From positions 32,001 to 96,000 of the IMG/VR virus record IMGVR_UViG_3300027741_000027: 64,000 nucleotides of DNA; one strand, written 5' to 3'. Both the position numbers and the translations under genes were made by a program. Shown in pieces: positions 17,558-27,601 of this stretch (position 1 is its first letter; every line of letters starts with the position of its first letter). Under the pieces are notes generated by a model that saw nothing but the letters and a program-made list of their open reading frames with translations, made no database searches and was not told the DNA's origin. The stretch comes from a virus.

Positions 17558-20319
17558 TAGATAATAATCCAGCCCGTTCCTGTTGATTGAACAGTAATAG
17601 TTTGATAGCGTTTAACGCTACCATCAATTGTAATAGAGGTTGCGTTATCAATTGTATCGCTGCCAGTTCTTGCAATAGTTATAACTCCGGTACCACTATT
17701 TTTGATATTGTAAATACGACCAGTTACGCCTGCCGCTGCTGCCGTTGTTGATGCGGCTGGAAGGGTTACCGTATATGATCCGCTTGTATAATTTACTGTA
17801 TAATGAGATGCGGTAAGGGGCAAGTTACCAGTAGAAGTCGCATCAAGATATGGCAATTGTAATGCTCCGCCTGAACCGATTGCTGCCAATGTAGTGCTAG
17901 AACTATTTTGCCATTCTTGAATATTTCCTGATTGACCATTCCAAGCTTGAGTAATTAATTTGGTTCCAGTGGGGGCGGTTGGAGCGGTACCGGCAAAATA
18001 AGCATTTGTTAATGTGGCGGTACTTGTTGGTGCGCTAGATGGGCGGTCGCTGAAACTAATAGTAAACTGTGTCGAACTTGTAACAGTGACTGTGTAAGAA
18101 CCAGAGTTAAGATTCGCCCATTGCGTGCCTGCATTATTTGCAAACCCTGAAAAAGAAACACTCTGACCAGTATAAAGTCCATGAGCTACAGATGTTGTAA
18201 GAGTGACCGTTGTGCTTGATACAGATGCTGCTGAAAACGGAGTTGTGCCTGTATCGTTATATGCATTAGTTGTTGTAGAGCTAGCAGTTGTTTGTTGAGT
18301 TCCAGATACTGGAATGTATTGTGCGCCCGTCCATGTTGGACTCGCGCCAGTCGCCCTATAAATTTTATAACTAGAAGCTCCGGGAATTTGCGCCCAAGAC
18401 AATGATGCAGTCTGATTACCGGATGTGGGGGTAACATTTACAGTTGAACTAACCGTTGTCTCCCCCTGAGGGTTGACAGCCGTAACCTGATAATTGTATT
18501 GTGTGCTGACCGTTAATGATCCTCCCGATGCTAACGCAGCAGAAGGAGAAGGAACCGCTAAAGCATTAAGATAAACATTCGTGCCATTATTTTTTAAATT
18601 GCCAAAATTATCAAATAAAGCATAAACGCTGTTATTTGTATCTGAAATTCTTAAAATGTCTTGCGTTTGATCATACCTTGATCTAGCGATTATTGGAACG
18701 GTACTAGACGAACCGCTTTGTGCGTTTACAGTATAGGCGGGCGAAATTAAAGTAGAGGCACCGGCACTGCCATTAACTTGTAGACCGCTGTTGATAACAG
18801 TATTTCCATAAACCTTATTAATTGAAAACGTAGTAGCGCCAACATAATCGTAAATTGCAAAAGCGTGTTGGTTCATTGCTGATACACCGGCTGGAGCGGC
18901 ACCCGACGTACTCGTTCCTGTATCTTTGTAAGATGTAATTGATCCGCTAGTAATTGTGGTTAAAAGTAGACCGGATCCAGTAAAAACGCTGCTGTTCGAA
19001 TTACGATAAATTTTGTAACCAATCGCACCCGGAGTTTGAACCCAATTCAAAGTAACGGTATTTGTATTATTAACTGTAGTTTGCGTGAACCTGATATAAC
19101 TAGAAGCAGTTGAAGTTGTGGCCGTACTTGAAGTTCCTACGAATCCGTCGCCATTTGAAAATACCGGAACAACAGTGTAATAATATGTTGCGGCTGAAGA
19201 GCTAAATGATGAACTTTCAGTATTAACTACGACCGGCCATGTTGCAGTATACATAGCCCTACTAATAATTAAACCATTATTTAAAGTTAATAAACCGGTT
19301 TGATCAAATTTTGCCAATACATTATTATTAACATCGTTGACATCGTATATATCAGTAGATGGAGTCACTGTTGCGGTAGCATTAGTTGCGGTTGTAATAC
19401 CAGAACCAGTTGAACTCAAAAGTATTGGCGTTCCTGCAAAGGTGACTGACATTCCAGCAGCGTGAGCGACGGGAGCTGTAGAGTTCGCACCTCTAGTGCA
19501 TCCAGTAAAAGTTGTTACCGTTAATCCCGTATAAGTGATTTGTTCACTTTCAATTTGAATTGTTCCAGTATATGAAAAACCTGCGGTGCTGCCAACGGTA
19601 ATTGTTGTACCACTTGAGCCGGGATCAGTACCGACCGTTGTTGAAGTTGAAATGGTGCCGCGAGTAGTAAAAGTATATGGGGCGTAACCGGTTTGACCAG
19701 AAGCTACAGTTGGATCTTTAGTTATGCTGGGAATACCAGAGGAGGAAATGGCATATGTAGTATAAGGTTGAAGACCCGTTGCGGAAAGACTGCCTCCTGT
19801 AGCGGTCAATGTTGCATTCGCGCTGCTGCTTGAAGTAGTTACTACCAAACCAGAAAGAGACGATCCAAGACTTGAAGTACCCTTAAGTGTTAAAGGTACT
19901 GCGGTCGTAGAAGTAGGGGCAATAGTGTTAGCAGCAGTAAAAGTATTAGCAATATTTAATGTTGCAACCGTACCATTTGCATTTGGAAAAGTCATTGTGG
20001 TACCATCGGTACCAGACAATGTTAAAGCGTTATTAATTGCTACAGTTTTACCAGATCCTAATGTTAATGTGGCTTTACTTGCGGGTGTAGTAATATCAAC
20101 ATTATTGTAAACTTTATTTCTTAAATTGTCGGAGCTATCTGTACTAACAAGATTACCTCCCCCGACCGGCAAATATGCTGAGCTTAAAGTGCCACTATTA
20201 TTGGCATATAAATATGTAACCGATCCATCAGAAGCATATATTCCCAAACTTCCGGAATCGTTAGAATTTCCTAAATTAATGAAATTGGTTTGTATACCAT
20301 TTTTAAACTTAGCAGACAT
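17557..20319 (-). CDS. Large fibre/appendage protein with FnIII-like modules
   Basis: 920 aa, T/S/G-rich; two YxVxxV...LxWxQxPGAxxYKIYR FnIII-like repeats. Confidence 0.65.
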   Translation of the reverse strand: MSAKFKNGIQTNFINLGNSNDSGSLGIYASDGSVTYLYANNSGTLSSAYLPVGGGNLVSTDSSDNLRNKVYNNVDITTPASKATLTLGSGKTVAINNALTLSGTDGTTMTFPNANGTVATLNIANTFTAANTIAPTSTTAVPLTLKGTSSLGSSLSGLVVTTSSSSANATLTATGGSLSATGLQPYTTYAISSSGIPSITKDPTVASGQTGYAPYTFTTRGTISTSTTVGTDPGSSGTTITVGSTAGFSYTGTIQIESEQITYTGLTVTTFTGCTRGANSTAPVAHAAGMSVTFAGTPILLSSTGSGITTATNATATVTPSTDIYDVNDVNNNVLAKFDQTGLLTLNNGLIISRAMYTATWPVVVNTESSSFSSSAATYYYTVVPVFSNGDGFVGTSSTATTSTASSYIRFTQTTVNNTNTVTLNWVQTPGAIGYKIYRNSNSSVFTGSGLLLTTITSGSITSYKDTGTSTSGAAPAGVSAMNQHAFAIYDYVGATTFSINKVYGNTVINSGLQVNGSAGASTLISPAYTVNAQSGSSSTVPIIARSRYDQTQDILRISDTNNSVYALFDNFGNLKNNGTNVYLNALAVPSPSAALASGGSLTVSTQYNYQVTAVNPQGETTVSSTVNVTPTSGNQTASLSWAQIPGASSYKIYRATGASPTWTGAQYIPVSGTQQTTASSTTTNAYNDTGTTPFSAASVSSTTVTLTTSVAHGLYTGQSVSFSGFANNAGTQWANLNSGSYTVTVTSSTQFTISFSDRPSSAPTSTATLTNAYFAGTAPTAPTGTKLITQAWNGQSGNIQEWQNSSSTTLAAIGSGGALQLPYLDATSTGNLPLTASHYTVNYTSGSYTVTLPAASTTAAAAGVTGRIYNIKNSGTGVITIARTGSDTIDNATSITIDGSVKRYQTITVQSTGTGWIII

Positions 20320-20333
20320 TCTGCCCCTTTACT

Positions 20334-21767
20334 TTAACCAATGATGGTAATATCGTATGTATCGTAACTTGCTGTAACATCTGCAAATGTAATAGTGACT
20401 TGACCGAGTGCACTAATGACAATATCAGTATACACGACATTACCGTTAGAATCGGAAACTTGAACAATGAGATTTCGATTAGACGAAAGTCCGTGAGCAG
20501 ATTGAGCAATAACCTTAGACACGTTTCCGAAAGAAGCAGTAAAAGTTGTTACATACTTAGTTGGAAGACTCTGGTTAGTTTCAGTTGGAACGGTAGCAAG
20601 GGTTCCCGAAGTTGGAAGAGTTACGCTTGTTGTACCAGTGGCTGTAAGAGTAACAGAATAAGCTCCAGACGTTGCTAATGTTGAGCTATTAGCAAGAGTA
20701 AGCGTACCCGTGCGCGATGTAATTGTAACACCGTTAATTGAGGTTGCCGTTGCCACACCAAGTGTTGGAGTAGTAAGAGTTGGCGATGTAGCAAGAACAA
20801 AATTACCGGTGCCAGTGCTGATACTAACTGGAACCGTTGTATTATCAAGTTCAAAATTAGTACCATTTGTTATTTTAATACCAGCGGCAGGATTGTTTGC
20901 CGTATATGACGCAAGTTGCGTAAATTGAGTAAAGGTTAAGCTACTTGTGCCAACGGTAAGCGTACCAGTTGCAGATTGAATCCAAGCAGTTGATTTTTGA
21001 CCGCCATAAAGAACGAAAATGTAATCGCCATTTGCAACTTCGCCAGTAATACTGCCATCGTAATCTGTATCACGAATAAGTTTGGCGGTAGACGAAGTTG
21101 GAAAGCTATCAAGGTAATAAACACCATTTTGCGTTTGAGTCGTTTGATTTTTAACAAGAATTCTGTCGCCGGTATAGATGGTTCCCGCCGTAAGTAGCTT
21201 GCCGTCAATTGTCAAAGTTGAACTAGTTGCCGTGACAGTAAGATAGGCTCCAATGCCGTTTCCGTTTGGCGCGGTGTAGCTATTTCCAAGGTCTGCCGTG
21301 GTAGCTGCTACAACGGGGGCATGAACATTAAGATTAGCAACAGCGGCATCAACATATTTTTTGTTTGCTGCATCATTGTCTGCTGTAGGATCAGCAACGT
21401 ATTGAATTTTTTGAGGTGTACCGCTTGTACCGGCAGAGATAGTTCCAGTGGCGTAACCGATAGTGTCAAGTCTTACAGAATTAGCTGTAGCAGACGTTGT
21501 AAGAAGTTTAGTTACGTCAATTGCTGCACTAGATGAAATATCAGCATTGACAATACTTCCGGAATAAGGAATGCTCAACCAAGCGCTGTTAGCCGCATTA
21601 CGAATAACTAACCGGTTATTAGTTCCGCCACCGCTTGTATCAAAATAAATTACTCCGGTTTTTTGATTAACCGCTGTAGTAGGATAATTGACATCTGGTT
21701 GCGGATTTAAAGCAACATTTTGAAGCTGATTGTTATTTAAATTGATTGATGTATAAAATTTAGGCAT
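20334..21767 (-). CDS. Putative fibre protein
   Basis: MPKFYTSINLNNNQLQN start, ADPTADNDAANKKYVD repeat, C-terminal HGLS..NLIVQV domain. Confidence 0.65.
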   Translation of the reverse strand: MPKFYTSINLNNNQLQNVALNPQPDVNYPTTAVNQKTGVIYFDTSGGGTNNRLVIRNAANSAWLSIPYSGSIVNADISSSAAIDVTKLLTTSATANSVRLDTIGYATGTISAGTSGTPQKIQYVADPTADNDAANKKYVDAAVANLNVHAPVVAATTADLGNSYTAPNGNGIGAYLTVTATSSTLTIDGKLLTAGTIYTGDRILVKNQTTQTQNGVYYLDSFPTSSTAKLIRDTDYDGSITGEVANGDYIFVLYGGQKSTAWIQSATGTLTVGTSSLTFTQFTQLASYTANNPAAGIKITNGTNFELDNTTVPVSISTGTGNFVLATSPTLTTPTLGVATATSINGVTITSRTGTLTLANSSTLATSGAYSVTLTATGTTSVTLPTSGTLATVPTETNQSLPTKYVTTFTASFGNVSKVIAQSAHGLSSNRNLIVQVSDSNGNVVYTDIVISALGQVTITFADVTASYDTYDITIIG

Positions 21768-22051
21768 TAATTAAAAAAAGCCTTTCCGGTAAAAGCGGCG
21801 GTAAATGTCAAGGTTACTTGGTTAAGCGAATTGTAACGAATTTCTCCAATAACAACATCATCATTATTATCTACAACTGTTACGGAACAGTATTTATTTA
21901 GATTGTGGGTGATTGGATTATTTCCAGCTATAAAAGATTGAATGGGAGTCACATAATTTGCTCCGCTCCCTTGACTTACAAGCATTGATTCTGTACTTAA
22001 TACCAAATTAACTGGGTTGATCGGATTTTCTAATTTTATTTTATCGGGCAT
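21767..22051 (-). CDS. Small fibre-associated protein
   Basis: ITHNLNKYCSVTVVD...VTLTFTAAFTGKAFFN, a common fibre-cluster family. Confidence 0.65.
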   Translation of the reverse strand: MPDKIKLENPINPVNLVLSTESMLVSQGSGANYVTPIQSFIAGNNPITHNLNKYCSVTVVDNNDDVVIGEIRYNSLNQVTLTFTAAFTGKAFFN

Positions 22052-22068
22052 CGTATATTAAATGTTGG

Positions 22069-25000
22069 CTAACCCATAGAAACAATTGAAGTGCCTTTAC
22101 GGGCAAGCGTTTCTCTAATTTTTACTTCTAAATACGCCGTATTAATATTAAAATTAAATATACTGGGGGCAATATAAGATTTAGTATGAGTTGTTTGACT
22201 AGAAAGATTTATGGGTTTGTCTATTGTTATAACCAAAGAATCTAAAACGCTTTGGTTTAATAAAGGAAAATCAATTTGATTAATTTGCGTAATAGTGTTT
22301 TCTTGACCCAAATTATTATCAGCTTGAATCCATCCATTGATGTTATTTTTAAATGATATTATAGAATTAGGTTGACTTATTACAGGAGAGGCGCTTATAC
22401 TAAATCCTAAAGTTCCAAGGGTGGCATCAGCAGCATCAATGCCGCCATCGGTAAATTGATCTGCGTAAACGGCTGCGATTGATATATATTTTGTTGAAGG
22501 GCGAGTATAAGAGCTTGGCGTAGCGTTAGAGGCGCTAACTCTTAAATTTGACGGATCAAAAAGAGTACTAAATGAGATTTCTGCTTCGGTATCTACGTCT
22601 TTCCAAATTCCGGTTATGCTATCCTTGTAAAGAGCAATTTTTATCCAAGCAAAATCGGTTGGATTTGTATCGCAAGTTGTAACAAGTTGCCAATATGAAT
22701 TTGTTTCATATGGAGAGGTTGTATTAATGCTATAGCGGTTATCGTTTTGCAAACTTCTATAAACTCTATAAACTCCGTCATCCTGTTTATATGAAATTAA
22801 ATCGCCAAGCGAATAAGTAATTTGGGGATAAGTGCTGGGGCCACCAGTCGCGCCAGATCCAAGACCCTGCCTGCCATTAGAGTCAGTTCCAGTAATAGTT
22901 GGGTTAAACCAATTACCCTTATAATTTATTGCTTTATAATTAAAATATCTTGTAGAATCATAAAGTTTAATATTTGCTGTTAAAGGCGCATTGGTCGCAT
23001 TAATATAAGTTCCAGATGATATGGTAGAACTTGGTTTCCAAAGAGATGTTATTCCGGTATCGGGGTCAGTGTAACTCATTTGAATAGTGTTTGATGGAGT
23101 TTTACTTGAAATAAACACTCCGTTTTTTATTTTTCCCGCGCTATCATTAAGAAATGCACCAACGCCAAAATTGGCAATTGCAGAGCTACTTGAGAAAGTT
23201 AAAGTGCTACTACTGGTGCTGGTGCTTGATGTAATTTGCTGCCTAGTCGCCCTATCGGAATATCCAGTAACTAAACAAACCCATACTTCAACTCTGCTCG
23301 CGTTTCTACCGCTTGGGAATGGATTTGGGGTTGATAAAGTCCAATCCATATATTGAGCGGATGAATTTGATACGGAATTTACAACTACGGAATTATTTAA
23401 ATAAGGGGTGATACCTCTAACTGTGGCACCGATGTTATGCGTAGCAGGAATTGTGTTATTGTAACCACGCCCAGTTGCAGTTGCAGTTAAAGTGCTGCCA
23501 GACCTTGTGTATTTAATATACTCTTCATCAATAAGTACAATTCCGGAAGTAGCAAGTGCGCTTGAACCAGTTCCAACCGTAAATTGAATTGATCCCGCCG
23601 TGCTAGTAATATTTGTTGACAGTGTGACCGTGCCAGTACCATTAACAGCGGCAACAAAGTCGGACCCAGATTGAGAAGTTGTCCATGTAGACCCACTTTG
23701 AGTGGCAACTGCCGGTCTTTGATTTCTAAATACCATCAAAGTATGATTAAAATTGACAACCGGTTTAATATAAAGAATATCTTGATTACTTCCTTTATAA
23801 AAACTATTTGTAAACATATAAAGATATGACGAACTGTTGTTAGATGAATCAAACCACACGGTAGAATTTTGAGGCAGTGCGGACCCACTTTTAACTAATT
23901 GGGTTTGCATCGTATAAGATCCATCAAGGGTGACGCCGGATTCGGTTGTAGTTGACAAAGTATCAGATTTATAAAAATTAAATCCGTTTGCAACAAGATC
24001 TTGAGTCGGAACAATATATCTATTGCCAATAATTTCGGGTTTATTAACATTTTTATCTGGAAAGTTGGACGGACCATCGTAGGTCGAATGAATCACAGAA
24101 CTTTCAGGATTATCGGTAGGGGCATCATTCATAAACGGACTGAGCGAATCATAAATATATTGACTTTTATAAATATCACTGGTCCATGGAAACCAAGTTG
24201 TCGTCCCAAGATAGGTAACCTTATAATAACCTTGATAATTATTTAAAATTCCAGCCACAAACCTTTTACTATTTAAAATATAACTCATTGTTTTGCGAGC
24301 TGTAGCGGGCGGTAAGGGAAACCCGCCCTCTTCTAATATTGCGGGTTTTTGATAACTATTAAATATTGACAAATTGGCTGCTAGCTCATATGCCGACCGC
24401 GATGAATTGGCATACTGATGAGGAGAGAAAACATCAACTAAATCATTAATATTTGCTGGACTAAATCCACCTGTAAAAAATGGACTGCTATTTCCATAAA
24501 AACTAGTAGTTGGCATAGTAATTGGAGTATATTGATCTTCGCCGGTATTTCTAATAGCGTCTTTCATTTTTGTAATCCAATTACGAATAACCATTTTATT
24601 TTGTACGCCTCTGGGCGTGAGAGATAAATATGGTACGTAATGTCTATCAGAATTAAAAAAAGATGATCCGACCCATTGAGTATTGTTGGTAATAGTACAA
24701 TTTTGATAATCTAAAGAAGACGTTACGTCATCGGCATTTGACAATGTAATAACATATTGATTATTTGAATTAGCGGTGATTGTATCACCAGTGGTAAATG
24801 ATATGTTGCCGCCCTGTGGAATTGTGTCACTGTAAATTTGATAAGTCGTATTTGGTTTTAATTGTTGACGAAAATAAGACGCATTTTGAACCGATAGAAC
24901 TCCCGAGGAGGCCGGGCCTATAACAGTAAAAATGTTTGGAGTTAAAACGGATTTAACTGTATAATTTCCATTTATATTTGACGGGGTTGCGCCAGAAATT

Positions 25001-27597
25001 GTTACCAGATCATTAATTTTTAATTGATGCGGAGTACCCGTAGTATATTTATACGTGTAAGTTTTTGGAATTGTAGTTACAAACCCGTTTCCAATTATAT
25101 CTTCATATTCAATTGATACGGTTACACCGTAATTTGGTAATAGTGAATCGTTTTGAACAATTTGTTTATATGTATTTAATATTTTTGTGTGACCAAGGCT
25201 GTTTAAATTATTATTAGCGTCATAATCCGAATTAATATCTAATTTAGTTTGATTAGGCGAATTTACATCTATAAAATAAATATTTCTATCAAAAAATTCG
25301 GCTTGTATTAATTTAGAAATTTTTTGATTCCATTTAATAACCGGATTAACTTCGTCTGATGAAGATTTAATGTATCCAGCAGGCAAATTATTATCAATAG
25401 AATTTAAAAAAATAGGTCTCGGATCAGATGATTCAATTTGCCAATAATCTAAACAAGCCGTACCGTTTGTTACATTTAAAGTAATAGAAATGGTATTAGC
25501 ACCAGATGGTAAGGCGTTTAACCTTTTAATGACTGGCAGCGCAAAATAATTTTGATCATTAGTATTAGATTTATATACATCAATTCCAGATATTAAACTT
25601 TGTGTATAAGAATTTCCATTAACCGTAATAGTTGCGCTAGCAGAAGAACCGTATTCAACCATAAATCCAATGGCGACAGTTTGATCAGCGGTAAAACCAA
25701 TTGGCGTAGTAAAGGTTACCGTTGTATTACCAGACCCCCCAGATGGTTGATAACGTTGATAACTGTTGCCCGAGGCGCTATACGCAGCAATATGAACAGT
25801 GGGATCAACAGTTGTAAATTGATTAAGGTTTGAAAATTCATTAACGTAACCAAATCTAGTAGAAAGTCTACTTAAAACAACTTTTAAAGATTGAATAAAA
25901 AACGTATCATTATATCCTTGATTTGCACCATATAATTTAAAATCTTCTTTTCCAAAATTTATAGAATTAAATTGAAAATTATTGCCTTGAGGATAATTTT
26001 TTAGCACTTGGCCGTAGCCAGTAGGATTCCCATTATTGTGTTGATTAGAAGATAAAATTGCACCAGACACTCCAAAATTAGATTCCTGTAATACCGAAGT
26101 GAGACTGCTTAAAAGTTGAGTAGAATACCTTTGCAAAGATGGCGTAGATAATCCCGACCCAACCGTTGTAGAATCTCCTATAAATCCAAAAGTTGGAGGC
26201 TCATCAACAGTGGCAGGTTGAAAAGGAACGCCGCTAGCTAAAAAATCTAAAATTGCTGTAGTGCTGCCCTCTGTTGTTTGCACAAGTTTTAAATTATCAA
26301 TATCGGGTTCTTTATTAATTAAAGATATATATGAATTGACATTCGGATTAACAATTTCTTCATCTGATAGTGGAGGATAGGTTCCATAAGATAGGCGATC
26401 AACACCAGTAATGTCAATTTTTTGACCAGAAACGGATAAATTTTGATAATAAAGAAGTTCAACTTTACTATTTGTCGCGTCTGTTAATAGTGCAAAACCG
26501 GGAGTGTTTAATTTGTTAGAGGGAAATCCGGTTCCTGACGGATTGCTTCCAGTTATAGTGGATGTTCCGTCGTCGTTTTCTGCATAATAAGTTACTACAG
26601 CGTCGTCTATTCCTTCGACCGGTTCATTAATTAAGCTGTACCAAGCGACCGCAGGGTGAGCGTTAACAGTTTGAGCCACACTTGACCAAAAACTGGCTTG
26701 AGCAGTCCATCTATCAACATCATTAGACCAAGCCAACCAGTCAGGTTGATCTCCTGCAACCCATGAATTTGCACCGTTAATAATAACATAAATATCATAT
26801 TTAGCCGCTAAATCACAAAAAGCATATAAATTATCAAGTTGATCCTGATCAACTAAAAAGGGGTCGGTATTGACATCTGTTACAGGTTCTTCAATAAAAC
26901 TTATAATATCATTTGGTTGTTGATCCGCGTCATCTGAATCGTCTTTGCCTTCATTTGCAGCATCGATTGCAGCTTGATAACCTTGGTCATCAAGCATAAA
27001 TTTATCAAGTTGCAAACAAATTCTGATAATTTTAGATTTGGCTATGTTTTTCATAATTGCCAAATCTAATTCTATTGAACCCATTCCAATTAATACATTA
27101 TTGACTGAGGTACCAACGGTATTAGCATTAATGAAATTTTTAAATTCTTGTTGAAATGTAATTGTGTTATTAGTTGTATTAATATTGGAAATAGCTTGAC
27201 GATTATTATTTACATCTGTTGCAGCGCCCTCGATACTAAAATTAACCGAAGTACCTCCAAAAACATTTGTGCCAATAAGCGTAGGACTTCCGGCAATAGT
27301 AATTTTGTCGGTTCCAATTGTAAAAGTGTCAGAAGAAAGTGCTTCATTCAATGTTAGAGTAACATTGTAAGTAAAAGTTGGGCCGGTTCCAGAAACATAA
27401 GACCAAGCTATTTTATTAACGGTAAAAATTCCGCCTTTGGCGTATAAATTATCGCTCCAAACGTTTTCAATAATTTCTCCATACGCCCCAATATCTAAGA
27501 TGTTTAAATTGTCATAATTATGACCCCAAACAGGGAATAATGATCCATCTTGCTTGACAATATTAGTTCCGTCTATTTTCAACCTTTGCGTAATCAT
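22069..27597 (-). CDS. Giant virion-associated protein with a split GH5-like glycoside hydrolase, an SGNH/GDSL domain and carbohydrate-binding-like modules
   Basis: GH-A motifs WGHNY, AWYSLINEP (about 26620), VDVFSPHQY and KPAILEEGG (about 24340); SGNH block I FIGDSTTVG (about 26175); C-terminal YSLGDLISY...YRSLQ...WQLV CBM5/12-like segment. Confidence 0.7.
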   Translation of the reverse strand: MITQRLKIDGTNIVKQDGSLFPVWGHNYDNLNILDIGAYGEIIENVWSDNLYAKGGIFTVNKIAWSYVSGTGPTFTYNVTLTLNEALSSDTFTIGTDKITIAGSPTLIGTNVFGGTSVNFSIEGAATDVNNNRQAISNINTTNNTITFQQEFKNFINANTVGTSVNNVLIGMGSIELDLAIMKNIAKSKIIRICLQLDKFMLDDQGYQAAIDAANEGKDDSDDADQQPNDIISFIEEPVTDVNTDPFLVDQDQLDNLYAFCDLAAKYDIYVIINGANSWVAGDQPDWLAWSNDVDRWTAQASFWSSVAQTVNAHPAVAWYSLINEPVEGIDDAVVTYYAENDDGTSTITGSNPSGTGFPSNKLNTPGFALLTDATNSKVELLYYQNLSVSGQKIDITGVDRLSYGTYPPLSDEEIVNPNVNSYISLINKEPDIDNLKLVQTTEGSTTAILDFLASGVPFQPATVDEPPTFGFIGDSTTVGSGLSTPSLQRYSTQLLSSLTSVLQESNFGVSGAILSSNQHNNGNPTGYGQVLKNYPQGNNFQFNSINFGKEDFKLYGANQGYNDTFFIQSLKVVLSRLSTRFGYVNEFSNLNQFTTVDPTVHIAAYSASGNSYQRYQPSGGSGNTTVTFTTPIGFTADQTVAIGFMVEYGSSASATITVNGNSYTQSLISGIDVYKSNTNDQNYFALPVIKRLNALPSGANTISITLNVTNGTACLDYWQIESSDPRPIFLNSIDNNLPAGYIKSSSDEVNPVIKWNQKISKLIQAEFFDRNIYFIDVNSPNQTKLDINSDYDANNNLNSLGHTKILNTYKQIVQNDSLLPNYGVTVSIEYEDIIGNGFVTTIPKTYTYKYTTGTPHQLKINDLVTISGATPSNINGNYTVKSVLTPNIFTVIGPASSGVLSVQNASYFRQQLKPNTTYQIYSDTIPQGGNISFTTGDTITANSNNQYVITLSNADDVTSSLDYQNCTITNNTQWVGSSFFNSDRHYVPYLSLTPRGVQNKMVIRNWITKMKDAIRNTGEDQYTPITMPTTSFYGNSSPFFTGGFSPANINDLVDVFSPHQYANSSRSAYELAANLSIFNSYQKPAILEEGGFPLPPATARKTMSYILNSKRFVAGILNNYQGYYKVTYLGTTTWFPWTSDIYKSQYIYDSLSPFMNDAPTDNPESSVIHSTYDGPSNFPDKNVNKPEIIGNRYIVPTQDLVANGFNFYKSDTLSTTTESGVTLDGSYTMQTQLVKSGSALPQNSTVWFDSSNNSSSYLYMFTNSFYKGSNQDILYIKPVVNFNHTLMVFRNQRPAVATQSGSTWTTSQSGSDFVAAVNGTGTVTLSTNITSTAGSIQFTVGTGSSALATSGIVLIDEEYIKYTRSGSTLTATATGRGYNNTIPATHNIGATVRGITPYLNNSVVVNSVSNSSAQYMDWTLSTPNPFPSGRNASRVEVWVCLVTGYSDRATRQQITSSTSTSSSTLTFSSSSAIANFGVGAFLNDSAGKIKNGVFISSKTPSNTIQMSYTDPDTGITSLWKPSSTISSGTYINATNAPLTANIKLYDSTRYFNYKAINYKGNWFNPTITGTDSNGRQGLGSGATGGPSTYPQITYSLGDLISYKQDDGVYRVYRSLQNDNRYSINTTSPYETNSYWQLVTTCDTNPTDFAWIKIALYKDSITGIWKDVDTEAEISFSTLFDPSNLRVSASNATPSSYTRPSTKYISIAAVYADQFTDGGIDAADATLGTLGFSISASPVISQPNSIISFKNNINGWIQADNNLGQENTITQINQIDFPLLNQSVLDSLVITIDKPINLSSQTTHTKSYIAPSIFNFNINTAYLEVKIRETLARKGTSIVSMG

Positions 27598-27601
27598 TAA
27601 A

